A stretch of 64,000 nt of DNA from Bacteroidota bacterium. Its GTDB lineage: Bacteria > Bacteroidota > Bacteroidia > UKL13-3. The DNA is taken from positions 2,688-66,687 of the forward strand of contig CANGGG010000005.1 in assembly GCA_947453415.1 (NCBI GenBank), given 5' to 3'. Under the pieces are notes generated by a model. The model made no database searches. It worked only from the letters and a program-made list of their open reading frames with translations, and was not told the DNA's origin. The position numbers were made by a program, and so were the translations under genes. Shown in pieces: positions 11,313 through 20,963 of the stretch (its first letter is position 1; each line of letters opens with the position of its first letter).

Positions 11313-13127
11313 TTAGAATGTAATTGGCATTTCAAATGATTTTTCTGCCACATTTCCTTTCTTATCAGTAACACGAATTAGTACTTCTGGTTTTATTATA
11401 GCTGTATTATTTAATTTACTGTCTTTATTATCAGCAACTTGTTTTTTCCAAACTTCGTCAAAATGGTAAGTTAAAAGATTGCTTTTGGCATCAAAATCCA
11501 ATAAAATCCATTCATTATTTAAAAAGCCTTCATATTTTCCTATTCCACTAAAATTATCTTTTATTTCAAAATAATAATGTAAACTATCGTTGATGGCTTC
11601 TTCAGTGTTTAAAAATATTTGTTTTATAATTGGTGCAACAGTATCAATAGTTATAAAATAATGTCCAAAATTACTTGCTTTACCTTTTACCACTCCCCCA
11701 TCAAAATTGCCACCGGCACTTTTATAATTTTTTTCATCTGTAAAATAATAGGCGAGCAATAATTTACTTTCCAAATCACTTTTAACTTTTACAGGTTTTA
11801 TTGAAATATCAGCTGCTTTGTGAATGGGCGCAGTTTGGTTAAATATTTTATATGTTTTACTGAATGCCTTTAGGGGTTTTGGTAAAATATCATATTTATA
11901 ATACACGGTATCGTAAAGAGATTTTTCTTCCAATTCAAATGAAAAATCTTTGGTTTTTATCGTATTCTTTGTTAATGGATAAAATGCTTTTATTCCTTTT
12001 AAACTCTTTAAATAAGATACTTTTTGGATATCTGTTTTTTTATTTAAAACTTTAATGGGTAAATACAACACAAAGAAATTTTTATTGTTATCAATTACTT
12101 GGAATATCAAGGTATCTATCGATTTTTCGGTTAAATAAATCTTACCTTTTTCGATGTTTGTTTCATAAGTAGAAAATTCATTTCCATCATCAATAAAACA
12201 TTTTTGAATTCGAAACTTTTCAGTTTTATAAAAGGGGAAATCAATGTGAGCATTGATGTATTTACTTTCATTAAAAGCAAACTGATTCAATGTGTGCTTA
12301 AAAACAAGCTTTCCTTTATGTTTTAAACTGTATTCATAAATACCTTTTTCGTCTTCTTGGTTATGAATAAAATCGATTGCCTCAATTCCAAAACCATATT
12401 GATCCTCTTCTAATTCTGTTTGCTTATTATAAATAAATACGTTTGTAAATTCTTTCAGTTTTGAAATATGAGTTTGGTCTATTTTAAGTTCTTTTTTTAA
12501 CAATAATCCATCATTTACATACTTATAAATAAATACTTTTTTGATAGTTGGATTAATCGTATCAAAGGGAATAATTCCAAATAAAGTTGGATTGATAATT
12601 TTTTCTGATTTTGTATTTCTAATTTCAAAGTGAACATGTGGACCCGAACTGCCACCACTGTTTCCACTTAAGCCAATGGTATCACCTTTTTTTACCAATA
12701 AAATTGGTTTTTCAAAAACATAATCAAACTCAAATGTTTGATTTTTATATTGATAATTATGAATCCATTGTGCAATTTTTCCTGAGTATTTTTGTAAATG
12801 CCCATAAACAGTAGTATAACCATTTGGATGGTCAATATAAATGGCTTTTCCATATCCAATACTTTGAATTTTTATACGAGAAATATATCCATCGGCACTG
12901 GCAAAAACCGGTAATCCTTCTTGCTGATTTGTGCGCAAATCCATGCCACTGTGAAAATGATTATCACGCAAGCCTCCAAAAGGCGAAACCAAGTTTGGTA
13001 AAGAATCTAAAGGATATCTAAAATAATTTTGCGGGTAATTTTGAGCGTTTGTTTCAAACAAAATAATTATGAAAACAAACAATAAACCTAATTTCCATTT
13101 TACCATATAAAAAAAATTGAACCACAT
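11313..13127 (-). CDS. M23 family metallopeptidase, secreted
   Basis: Signal peptide, HFHSGMDL and SSGPHVHFEI (HxxxD / HxH) motifs, long C-terminal extension. Start could be 13127 or 13106. Confidence 0.85.
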   Translation of the reverse strand: MWFNFFYMVKWKLGLLFVFIIILFETNAQNYPQNYFRYPLDSLPNLVSPFGGLRDNHFHSGMDLRTNQQEGLPVFASADGYISRIKIQSIGYGKAIYIDHPNGYTTVYGHLQKYSGKIAQWIHNYQYKNQTFEFDYVFEKPILLVKKGDTIGLSGNSGGSSGPHVHFEIRNTKSEKIINPTLFGIIPFDTINPTIKKVFIYKYVNDGLLLKKELKIDQTHISKLKEFTNVFIYNKQTELEEDQYGFGIEAIDFIHNQEDEKGIYEYSLKHKGKLVFKHTLNQFAFNESKYINAHIDFPFYKTEKFRIQKCFIDDGNEFSTYETNIEKGKIYLTEKSIDTLIFQVIDNNKNFFVLYLPIKVLNKKTDIQKVSYLKSLKGIKAFYPLTKNTIKTKDFSFELEEKSLYDTVYYKYDILPKPLKAFSKTYKIFNQTAPIHKAADISIKPVKVKSDLESKLLLAYYFTDEKNYKSAGGNFDGGVVKGKASNFGHYFITIDTVAPIIKQIFLNTEEAINDSLHYYFEIKDNFSGIGKYEGFLNNEWILLDFDAKSNLLTYHFDEVWKKQVADNKDSKLNNTAIIKPEVLIRVTDKKGNVAEKSFEMPITF

Positions 13128-13197
13128 AGATACATAGAAAAAATAGTATTTAAAACTTCATTCAATAATTAGATAAAATGAAAGAATATTTAACCAA

Positions 13198-13806
13198 TTA
13201 TTTTACCTCACAAATCAACATTGATTCATTGCCAATAAATCCTTCTAAATGATCGCCAATGTTTACCTGACTAACTCCAGCTGGTGTTCCTGTATAAATT
13301 AAATCACCCACTTTTAAAGTAAAATATTGAGAAACAAAACTAACTATTTGTTCAAAAGAAAATATCATTTGTGAAGTATTACCTTGTTGAACCAATTGTC
13401 CATTTTTTTGCAGGCTGAAATCAATATTTTTCAAATCAATGTTTTCAATATTTATAAAATTTCCAATTGGTGCCGATCCATCAAAAGCTTTGGCTAATTC
13501 CCAGGGCAACCCTTTTGCTTTTAATTCATTTTGTTTGTCGCGAGCGGTAAAATCAATTCCTAAGCCAATCTCCGAAAAATAATTTCTAGCAAATTTTTCC
13601 TGAATTTTTTTGCCCACTTTATTTATTTTTATTACCAATTCTATTTCATGATGCACATCGTTACTAAAACTAGGAATATAAAAAGGTTCTCCATTTTTTA
13701 ATAAAGCGGTATCGGGTTTGCTAAATATTACTGGGTTTTCAGGAACCGCATTTCCTAATTCCTTAGCATGTTCGCTGTAATTTCGTCCTACACAAAGTAT
13801 TTTCAT
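13198..13806 (-). CDS. Fumarylacetoacetate hydrolase (FAH) family protein
   Basis: 202 aa, MKILCVGRNYSEHAKELG..., HHEIELV, ...GDLIYTGTPAGV typical FAH fold motifs. Confidence 0.85.
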   Translation of the reverse strand: MKILCVGRNYSEHAKELGNAVPENPVIFSKPDTALLKNGEPFYIPSFSNDVHHEIELVIKINKVGKKIQEKFARNYFSEIGLGIDFTARDKQNELKAKGLPWELAKAFDGSAPIGNFINIENIDLKNIDFSLQKNGQLVQQGNTSQMIFSFEQIVSFVSQYFTLKVGDLIYTGTPAGVSQVNIGDHLEGFIGNESMLICEVK

Positions 13807-13989
13807 TATAAATTATTGTCTTTATTTTAGTGCGAATATATTTTTATATTGAAATAATATCATTGAAAAATTATTTACAAAAACATTCATCATTACAAAT
13901 ACTTATTATGCTGCCTTGCAGCATTTACCATTGTAATTTAAATTAGCTATTGTAAATTTAAATACAATTGGTATTACTTTGCAACGCAT

Positions 13990-15636
13990 TTGAATAATCC
14001 CGTAAAAATATTAGCGAAAATTTGTAGCCAATTTGGAATTGAGCATGCAGTTATTTGTCCAGGTTCGCGATCTGCGCCTTTGGTTTTTGCTTTTAATAGA
14101 AACAAAAACATTAAAACTTATTCCATCATTGATGAAAGAAGTGCAGCATATATGGCATTGGGAATGGCGCAACAATTGCAAAAACCTGTGGCTTTAATTT
14201 GTACCAGTGGAACTGCTGCATTGAATTTTTATCCTGCCATTGCGGAAGCATTTTACCAAAAAATTCCTTTAGTGATTTTAACAGCTGATAGACCTTTGGA
14301 GTTGTTAAATCAGCAAGATGGACAAATGATTAACCAAGTAAATGTATTTGGAAATCATGTAAGAGGAAGTTTAAATTTTGATTCGATACTTCGCACTTCG
14401 CACTCCGAACTTCGCACTTTTTTAAATAAATCAATGTTTCCTGTGATGGGTCCGGTTCATATCAATGTGCCTTTAGTGGAACCGCTGTACGAAAATTTGG
14501 AGGAAGAAATTTTAATCGAAAATCTTGAAAAACCTTTAAATATTTTTGGTGATTTTGATAATAAAAATATCATTGATGCGCTGCAACAAACACAGAAACG
14601 GGTGATTATAATTGGACAAAATTTACCTAATCAAGAACTATTAGCAACTTTAAAAGAATTAGCAAAAAAAGATTTTGCAATTTTAGCTGATGTAGTTTCT
14701 AACCAACATGAAAGTTCAGTGCTAAAACATTTCGATTTTTTAGTTTCGCAAGCTAATATAGAAACATTACAAGTTTTAGAACCTGATTTTATTATTAGTT
14801 TGGGAGGACCAGTATTATCAAAGGCTTTGAAACTTTGGTTAAAGAAACAAAAACCAAAATATCATTTTAGAATTCAACAAGATGAAACCTTGGTGGATAC
14901 TTATAATAACGTTACTGAATACATTTATGGCAATAATATTGAGGTATTAAAAAGTTTAGTAAATGCTGAATTTTCAAGTTCCACTTATGCTGAATATTTA
15001 GGATTAATGGAGCTCAAATCGCAAAGAAAAATAGCTGAATTTATTAATCAAAACAATGTTGAATTCAATGAATTGGTAACAGTAAATTTTGTACTTAAAA
15101 ATTTACCTAAAAACAGCCAATTACAAATTGCAAATAGCGCATCCATTCGCTACGTAAGTTATATAGGTTTGCCTGATAAAAATATTACTGCATTTTGCAA
15201 CAGGGGAACAAGTGGCATTGATGGTTGCACCTCTACCGCCATTGGCGCAGCCAACATGACCAAAGAAATTGTAACTTTAATAACTGGTGATTTGGCATTT
15301 TTTTATGATAGAAATGCATTTTGGAATAATTTTGTTCCAAACAATTTGCGTATTATTTTGCTAAACAATCATGGAGCTGGAATTTTTAATTTAATTGATG
15401 GACCAAATAGTCAACCTGAATTAGAAGAATTTTTCTTGACTAAACACAAATTGAATGCAAAAAATTTAGCAGCTGAAAACGGATTGAGTTATAATCTTTG
15501 TAAAAACAATGATGAGTTTGCAAATGCATTAGCAACATTTTATGATGTTTCGGAACAAGCTAAAATAATAGAGTTAAGTTTTGATATGGATAAAAGTGCT
15601 GCCATTTTCAAGGCATTTAAGAAGATAGAATTATAG
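13990..15636 (+). CDS. menD: SEPHCHC synthase (menaquinone biosynthesis, ThDP enzyme)
   Basis: 548 aa, TTG start, ICPGSRSAPL, TADRPLELL, GPVHINVPLVEPLY, GTSGIDG; followed by menB. Confidence 0.9.
   Translation: MNNPVKILAKICSQFGIEHAVICPGSRSAPLVFAFNRNKNIKTYSIIDERSAAYMALGMAQQLQKPVALICTSGTAALNFYPAIAEAFYQKIPLVILTADRPLELLNQQDGQMINQVNVFGNHVRGSLNFDSILRTSHSELRTFLNKSMFPVMGPVHINVPLVEPLYENLEEEILIENLEKPLNIFGDFDNKNIIDALQQTQKRVIIIGQNLPNQELLATLKELAKKDFAILADVVSNQHESSVLKHFDFLVSQANIETLQVLEPDFIISLGGPVLSKALKLWLKKQKPKYHFRIQQDETLVDTYNNVTEYIYGNNIEVLKSLVNAEFSSSTYAEYLGLMELKSQRKIAEFINQNNVEFNELVTVNFVLKNLPKNSQLQIANSASIRYVSYIGLPDKNITAFCNRGTSGIDGCTSTAIGAANMTKEIVTLITGDLAFFYDRNAFWNNFVPNNLRIILLNNHGAGIFNLIDGPNSQPELEEFFLTKHKLNAKNLAAENGLSYNLCKNNDEFANALATFYDVSEQAKIIELSFDMDKSAAIFKAFKKIEL
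14388..14421 (+). repeat. ACTTCGC heptamer array (about 5 units) inside the menD reading frame
   Basis: acttcgc acttcgc actccga acttcgc actttt, translated as ...LRTSHSELRTF... Confidence 0.8.
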
Positions 15637-15735
15637 ACCATGGTCCATAGACGATAGACCATAGTAGTTGATAGACGATGGAAAATAAGCAATGAGCAAA
15701 GGTGTCATCCTGAGCAAATACCGATAGCTATCGGT
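15621..15735. repeat. Degenerate 7-nt tandem array (nnATAGA type) plus hairpin TACCGATAGCTATCGGTA
   Basis: ATAG recurs at 7-nt spacing (one 10-nt step), starting in the last menD codons; same unit family as 27083-27166. Confidence 0.8.
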
Positions 15736-15796
15736 AGAAGGAGTATATAAGTAAAAGACAAAATTGAAGAAAAAAGAATAACTAATAATAAAATAT

Positions 15797-16621
15797 ATGA
15801 CAAGTAAATATAACTGGACTACACTTAAAGAATACAAAGAAATTTTGTTTCAATACTATGAAGGTATTGCCAAAATAAGCATTAACCGACCACATGTTCA
15901 CAATGCATTTACACCTTTAACGGTGCAAGAAATGAGTGAAGCAATGGAATTGGCTCGCCAAAATACGGATGTTCGCGTAGTGATTTTAACTGGCGAAGGA
16001 GGAAAAGCTTTTTGCAGTGGTGGCGATCAAAGTGTGCGTGGACATGGTGGATACGTAGGTGATGATGGAATTCCTCGTTTAAACGTGTTGGATTTACAAA
16101 TGCAAATACGTAGAATTCCAAAACCCGTAGTGGCCATGGTAGCAGGTTATGCCATTGGTGGTGGACATGTATTGCATGTAATTTGCGATATTTCTATTGC
16201 TGCTGAAAACGCAAAATTTGGTCAAACAGGACCAAAAGTTGGAAGTTTTGATGGTGGTTTTGGAGCAGGTTATTTAGCAAGAGTTGTTGGTCAAAAGAAA
16301 GCAAGAGAAATTTGGTTTTTATGCGACCAATACAATGCGCAAGAAGCATTAGATATGGGCTTGGTGAATAAAGTTGTTCCTTTAGAAATATTGGAAGATG
16401 AAACCATTAAATGGTGTCAGAAAATGATAGAGAAAAGTCCGGTTGCTTTGCGAATGATTAAAGCAAGTTTTAATGCAGAATTAGATGGCCAAGCAGGAAT
16501 TCAAGAATTGGCAGGAAACGCTACCCTTTTATATTATATGAGCGATGAAGCCAAAGAAGGCAAAAACTCTTTCTTAGAAAAACGAAAACCAGATTTTAGT
16601 AAATTTCCAAAGTTTCCTTAA
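15797..16621 (+). CDS. menB: 1,4-dihydroxy-2-naphthoyl-CoA synthase
   Basis: 274 aa crotonase fold, ...[30 protein letters not shown]... diagnostic MenB insert. Confidence 0.95.
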   Translation: MTSKYNWTTLKEYKEILFQYYEGIAKISINRPHVHNAFTPLTVQEMSEAMELARQNTDVRVVILTGEGGKAFCSGGDQSVRGHGGYVGDDGIPRLNVLDLQMQIRRIPKPVVAMVAGYAIGGGHVLHVICDISIAAENAKFGQTGPKVGSFDGGFGAGYLARVVGQKKAREIWFLCDQYNAQEALDMGLVNKVVPLEILEDETIKWCQKMIEKSPVALRMIKASFNAELDGQAGIQELAGNATLLYYMSDEAKEGKNSFLEKRKPDFSKFPKFP

Positions 16622-16630
16622 ATAGTTTCC

Positions 16631-16660
16631 CGCAGATTTCACAGATTCTCGCAGATAAAT
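16631..16660. repeat. CGCAGATTT/CACAGATTC short tandem array after menB
   Basis: cgcagattt cacagattct cgcagataaa; same word family as 17737-17891 and, in reverse orientation, 18241-18269. Confidence 0.7.
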
Positions 16661-16717
16661 TATTTCTTTTTTCGGTAAAATTTGTTCATATAAAAAATAA
16701 AATTTCCTTTGCTTTAA

Positions 16718-17734
16718 ATGATTGTAAAAACCAAAATATCACTTCAACCTTATAACACCTTTGGAATAGATGTAAATGCAGCTGATTTTATTGAAATAAA
16801 TTCAATTGAAGGCTTGAAATTTATTATTGAAACCTTTGATTTAATGAACCGACATACTTTAGTAATTGGTGGTGGAAGTAATATTTTATTGACCAAAAAC
16901 TACGATGGCTTGGTTTTAAAAATGGCTATTTTAGGTATTGAAAAAGTAAATGAAGATGCTGAACATGTTTATATCAAAGCCATGGCAGGCGAAGCTTGGC
17001 ATCATTTTGTGTTGTATTGTGTAAATAATAATTATGCTGGAATAGAAAATCTTTCGCTTATTCCAGGTTGTGTGGGAGCTGCGCCTATGCAAAATATTGG
17101 CGCTTATGGAGTAGAAATTAAAGATACTTGCTACGAAGTAGAAGCTTATAATATTGAAACCAATGAGCAAAAAATATTTTCGAACGCTGAATGTAAATTT
17201 GGTTACAGAGAAAGTATATTTAAACACGAAGCCAAAGGAAAATACATCATTACATCGGTTACTTTTAAATTATTGAAACAAGCCAAAGTCAATGTTTCTT
17301 ATGGTGCCATTCAAGATGTATTGCGAAGTAAAAACATAGAAAATCCAACTATAAAAAATGTAAGTGATGCGGTAATTTCAATTCGTGAATCAAAATTACC
17401 AAATCCAAAAGTATTGGGAAATGCGGGTAGTTTTTTCAAAAATCCTGAAATACCAACCGAAGAATATTTGAGTTTAAAAGAAAAATTTCCAGCAATAGTT
17501 GGATATAAAACCAGCGAAACAAATACCAAATTAGCCGCGGGTTGGCTCATAGAACAATGTGGTTGGAAGGGTAAAGTAGTTGGAAATACGGGTTCTCACA
17601 AAGACCAAGCGTTGGTTTTGGTAAATTATGGAAATGCTTCTGGAAACGAAATTTGGAAACTTGCCATGCAGATACAAGAATCTGTTTTTGAAAAATTTGG
17701 AGTAACAATTATTCCTGAAGTGAATGTGATTTAA
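16718..17734 (+). CDS. murB: UDP-N-acetylenolpyruvoylglucosamine reductase
   Basis: 338 aa, ...GGGSNILL..., ...GNAGSFFKNP..., AGWLIEQCGWKG. Confidence 0.95.
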   Translation: MIVKTKISLQPYNTFGIDVNAADFIEINSIEGLKFIIETFDLMNRHTLVIGGGSNILLTKNYDGLVLKMAILGIEKVNEDAEHVYIKAMAGEAWHHFVLYCVNNNYAGIENLSLIPGCVGAAPMQNIGAYGVEIKDTCYEVEAYNIETNEQKIFSNAECKFGYRESIFKHEAKGKYIITSVTFKLLKQAKVNVSYGAIQDVLRSKNIENPTIKNVSDAVISIRESKLPNPKVLGNAGSFFKNPEIPTEEYLSLKEKFPAIVGYKTSETNTKLAAGWLIEQCGWKGKVVGNTGSHKDQALVLVNYGNASGNEIWKLAMQIQESVFEKFGVTIIPEVNVI

Positions 17735-17736
17735 TA

Positions 17737-17891
17737 TTAGCCACAGATTTCACAGATTGCACAGAAAAATTAACCGCAAAGGGCGCTGAGGTTTTCGCGA
17801 AGGACGCAGATAAATTAGCCACAGATTGAACAGATTACAAAGAAAATAACCGCAAAGGGCGCAAAGATTTACGCAAAGGACGCAGAGGAAA
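17737..17891. repeat. Two tandem 78/77-nt copies, each built from 9-nt CACAGATTN and CGCAAAGGN sub-repeats
   Basis: Copy A 17737-17814 and copy B 17815-17891 both start TTAGCCACAGATT and contain AACCGCAAAGGGCGC...CGCAAAGGACGCAGA; roughly four-fifths identical by eye. Confidence 0.85.
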
Positions 17892-17970
17892 TTGTATAAA
17901 ATATTGGGGAGGAAACCAATAACAGAAATTTTTTAATTTAATTGTAAATAATGAAGTCTAACATTGTGTG

Positions 17971-18132
17971 ATGTCAAAACAAAATATCTTAAAAATAATA
18001 ATAGTAACAATAATCGTCAATGCTATTTTTGTTTATGTTAGTTACTTAACATACGGGAAATTCAAACTTTCATTTTTGCATATATTTATTGGTTTACTTC
18101 CACTTATTTTAATAAGTCGAAGAAATAAATAA
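17971..18132 (+). CDS. Possible 53-aa two-TM membrane peptide
   Basis: ATG ORF below the track cutoff: MSKQNILKIIIVTIIVNAIFVYVSYLTYGKFKLSFLHIFIGLLPLILISRRNK; no other support. Confidence 0.3.
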   Translation: MSKQNILKIIIVTIIVNAIFVYVSYLTYGKFKLSFLHIFIGLLPLILISRRNK

Positions 18133-18195
18133 CTATTTCAGCCATAATTTGATGTAAGCGAGGACGCCAACATCGTTAGTAATATTTTCCCTTAT

Positions 18196-18269
18196 ATAAC
18201 TTTGTCAAAGTTTTATACTTTGCTAAAGTTTCCAAAAATTAATCCGTGTAATCTGTGAAATCTTTAGCT
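18196..18269. repeat. AACTTTGTCAAAGTT-type and (reverse) CACAGATT-type word repeats
   Basis: aactttgtcaaagttttatactttgctaaagtttcc ... aatccgtgtaatctgtgaaatct; related copy at 51247-51280. Confidence 0.65.
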
Positions 18270-18274
18270 ATTTC

Positions 18275-19468
18275 TTATTTTGTTTCCCAATAGCGATGCT
18301 GTTTGGTTTCGTTATATACAAAAGTTAAAATATTTTTATCGTCTTCGGTAAGTTCCAAACCTCTGCGTTTATAAACAGCTTCCGCAGTTTTGAAGAATTT
18401 ATTGATTACAAAAGTTTCAAAACCTTGTGCGCCACCCCAAGCAAAATCGGGAATGAAGTTACGAGGGAATCCAGCACCAAAAATATTTGCACCCACTCCT
18501 ACTACTGTTCCTGTATTAAACATAGTATTGATGCCACATTTGGCATGATCGGCCATGATTAAACCACAAAAAGTTAAGCCGGTTTTTTCAAATTTTTGTC
18601 TGTCGTAACTCCACAATTTTACTTCATCATAGGTGTTTTTTAAATTAGAGTTATTAGTGTCAGCGCCCATATTTACCCACTCTCCTATTACAGCATTGCC
18701 CACAAATCCATCGTGACCTTTATTGCTATATGCAAAAAATACTGCATTATTTACTTCACCACCTACTTTACAATGCGGACCAACAGTAGTTGGGCCATAA
18801 ATTTTAGCATCCATTTTTAAGCCTGCATGTTCGCCTAATGAAAACGGACCACGTATTTTACAACCTTCCATTACTTCTGCATCCTTGGCAATATATATTG
18901 GGCCAACAGTAGCATTTAAAATACTACATTCTACAATGGCACCTTCTTCCAAAAATACATTTTCAGGATGGATCACTTGATTGGTATTTGAAATGGGTTG
19001 TGATTTTCTACCAGCTGTTAAAAACTTAAAATCTTCTTCAATGGCTTGTCCATTTAATGAAAAAATATCGTAACTGAATTTAATATGTAAAAAGTTTTCT
19101 ACTTTTGATTCTATCAATTCAAATTGCGTGGCAATGTTTTTAAAATCAATAGCAAGGGCGCTTTTAAAGGCAAGCATTACTTCATTTTTATATAAAGCTT
19201 GTCCCATTTGAAGGTTTAAAATTTCGTTGATTAAATCTTCATTCGGACAAATACTTCCATTGATAAAAACATTTTCATTTTGCAAAGCAATAGGAAACTT
19301 ATTTTGCAAATAATCCATTGTTAAATAAGAAACAGAAGATTTCAAATGTTTTTCCCATTTTTCAGCAATGGTTAAAATACCTATTCTAATATTTGCAACG
19401 GGCCTAGTAAAAGTTAAAGGTAATAGGTTTTGTCTGTCAGTTGGATTATCGAATAATATGTAATTCAT
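18275..19468 (-). CDS. GlmU-like sugar-phosphate nucleotidyltransferase/acyltransferase (left-handed beta-helix) family protein
   Basis: 397 aa, hexapeptide-repeat C-terminal half (GPHCKVGGEVNNAVFFAYSNKGHDGFVGNAVIGEWVNMGADTNNSN). Confidence 0.75.
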   Translation of the reverse strand: MNYILFDNPTDRQNLLPLTFTRPVANIRIGILTIAEKWEKHLKSSVSYLTMDYLQNKFPIALQNENVFINGSICPNEDLINEILNLQMGQALYKNEVMLAFKSALAIDFKNIATQFELIESKVENFLHIKFSYDIFSLNGQAIEEDFKFLTAGRKSQPISNTNQVIHPENVFLEEGAIVECSILNATVGPIYIAKDAEVMEGCKIRGPFSLGEHAGLKMDAKIYGPTTVGPHCKVGGEVNNAVFFAYSNKGHDGFVGNAVIGEWVNMGADTNNSNLKNTYDEVKLWSYDRQKFEKTGLTFCGLIMADHAKCGINTMFNTGTVVGVGANIFGAGFPRNFIPDFAWGGAQGFETFVINKFFKTAEAVYKRRGLELTEDDKNILTFVYNETKQHRYWETK

Positions 19469-19510
19469 GGCGTAAAATTATAAAAAATAAAACTGAAATC
19501 AGCTAAAAAT

Positions 19511-19540
19511 AAAAAAGCCTCCCAAATTGGAAGGCTTTAA
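19511..19540 (-). terminator. Rho-independent terminator after rpmE
   Basis: Minus strand AAAGCCTTCCAATTTGGGAGGCTTTTTTATTTTT: GC stem plus T-run. Confidence 0.8.
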
Positions 19541-19560
19541 ATATTGAAAAAATAAATAAA

Positions 19561-19809
19561 TTATTTCTTTCCGTAACGTTTTTGAAACTTGTCAATACGA
19601 CCAGCTGTATCAATTAACATATTTTGTCCTGTAAAGAAAGGATGTGATTTTGAAGAAATCTCTACTTTAAAAAGTGGATATTCAACACCATCTTCCATTG
19701 TAATTGTTTCTTTTGTTTCTACTGCTGAACCAGTTACAAAAGTATAACCATTACTCATGTCTTTAAATGCAACTTTTCTATAATTTTCTGGATGAATTCC
19801 TGCTTTCAT
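19561..19809 (-). CDS. rpmE: 50S ribosomal protein L31 (type B, no Zn Cys motif)
   Basis: [17 protein letters not shown]...; start moved to the internal ATG at 19809. Confidence 0.92.
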   Translation of the reverse strand: MKAGIHPENYRKVAFKDMSNGYTFVTGSAVETKETITMEDGVEYPLFKVEISSKSHPFFTGQNMLIDTAGRIDKFQKRYGKK

Positions 19810-19830
19810 TTTATTTGTTATTTTGGAGTG

Positions 19831-19838
19831 CAAAAGTA
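19831..19838 (-). promoter_or_regulatory. -7 box TACTTTTG for rpmE
   Basis: Plus CAAAAGTA 22 nt upstream of the ATG. Confidence 0.5.
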
Positions 19839-19955
19839 ATTTTTTTTGAAATAAAAGCAAATATATTTTTCAAAAAAAAAATTTTACTATTTTAGCCTAA
19901 CAAAATTCTAATTCAATTTCAGTAAAATTGTGTTCGGAATCCTTTTAAGTTTAAA

Positions 19956-19963
19956 TATATTTG
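19956..19963 (+). promoter_or_regulatory. -7 box TATATTTG for the PyrR-like gene
   Basis: Exact TAnnTTTG 20 nt upstream of the GTG start. Confidence 0.5.
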
Positions 19964-19982
19964 CCCATCAAAAACTAAAACT

Positions 19983-20480
19983 GTGAAAACAAAAGTACTT
20001 CATCATTCCGATATTGAAAAAATAATTAAGCGTATGGCTTATCAAATTTATGAAAATAATTTTGGCGATAAATACATAACGCTAGTTGGCATCAGTTCAA
20101 GAGGTTTTGAAATAGCAAAACTTTTACAAAACGAATTAGAATTAATCAGTAATTTAAAATCAATTTTATTAGAAATTACTATTGAAAAAGAAAATCCATC
20201 GGTTGATACAACGGTTATAAAACCTTTTAAATTTGAAATAAAAGGAACTTTAGTTGTTATTGATGATGTATTAAATACAGGAAGAGCAATGGTTTATGCA
20301 TTGTTACCTTTTTTAAGTTTGAAAGCACCTAAAATTCAGGTAGCAGTTTTGGTAGATAGGAATCATAAAAAATTCCCCGTTGCTGCTGATTATACTGGCA
20401 TACAATTGAACACTACATTTCAAGAACATGTGAGTGTTGAAATAAATAAGAAAAAACAATTGGATGTTTATTTACAATAA
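19983..20480 (+). CDS. PyrR-like phosphoribosyltransferase family protein
   Basis: 165 aa, GTG start, IKRMAYQIYENN..., PRPP loop VVIDDVLNTGRA. Confidence 0.75.
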   Translation: MKTKVLHHSDIEKIIKRMAYQIYENNFGDKYITLVGISSRGFEIAKLLQNELELISNLKSILLEITIEKENPSVDTTVIKPFKFEIKGTLVVIDDVLNTGRAMVYALLPFLSLKAPKIQVAVLVDRNHKKFPVAADYTGIQLNTTFQEHVSVEINKKKQLDVYLQ

Positions 20481-20485
20481 GCCAC

Positions 20486-20522
20486 AAAAAAAAACGCTTC
20501 TAAAATTAGAAGCGTTTTTTTT
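20486..20522. terminator. Bidirectional terminator between the PyrR-like gene and HU
   Basis: AAAAAAAACGCTTCTAAAATTAGAAGCGTTTTTTTT: 9-bp stem flanked by an A-run and a T-run. Confidence 0.85.
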
Positions 20523-20540
20523 GTGATTACAGCTAGTTAA

Positions 20541-20813
20541 TTACTTAACTTTAGCTTGTAAATTAGCACCTGCTTTGAATTTAACAACCTTTTTTGCAGG
20601 GATGTTAATTTCAGCACCAGTTTGAGGATTACGTCCTTTACGAGCAGCACGCTTAGTTACTGAAAATGTTCCAAAACCAACTAAAATTACTTTGTCGTTT
20701 TTCTTTAACGCACCTTGAGTTGATAACATGAAAGCATCTAAAGCAGCAGCAGCTTGAACTTTAGTAGTACCGGCAGCTTTTGCCATTGAGTCGATTAAAT
20801 CTGATTTGTTCAT
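20541..20813 (-). CDS. hup: HU family DNA-binding protein
   Basis: 90 aa, MNKSDLIDSMA..., GFGTFSVTKRAARKGRNPQTG. Confidence 0.95.
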   Translation of the reverse strand: MNKSDLIDSMAKAAGTTKVQAAAALDAFMLSTQGALKKNDKVILVGFGTFSVTKRAARKGRNPQTGAEINIPAKKVVKFKAGANLQAKVK

Positions 20814-20963
20814 TTTTATTTATTTTTTAAAGTTTTGCATAACGAAAGTAGCTATACAAATGAAAAAATCAAGCGTTGCCTCTTTTTTTTTGAAAAAAAT
20901 ATAAAAATAAATTTTCACACATTATCAACATTGTAGTTTTTTGAAGTTCAAATAATGCTATTA

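Noticed and set aside
10826-11374. Long form of the bcp ORF (182 aa)
   Set aside because: The extra 33 residues overlap the 3' end of the M23 peptidase gene and are not peroxiredoxin-like. The internal ATG at 11275 gives a normal Bcp of about 150 aa.
15631-15837. 68-aa minus-strand ORF between menD and menB
   Set aside because: It is translated almost entirely from the heptamer/hairpin repeat region and overlaps the menB start. It is a repeat artefact.
16931-17550. Minus-strand ORFs (98 and 79 aa) within murB
   Set aside because: They are antisense to a clear MurB reading frame.
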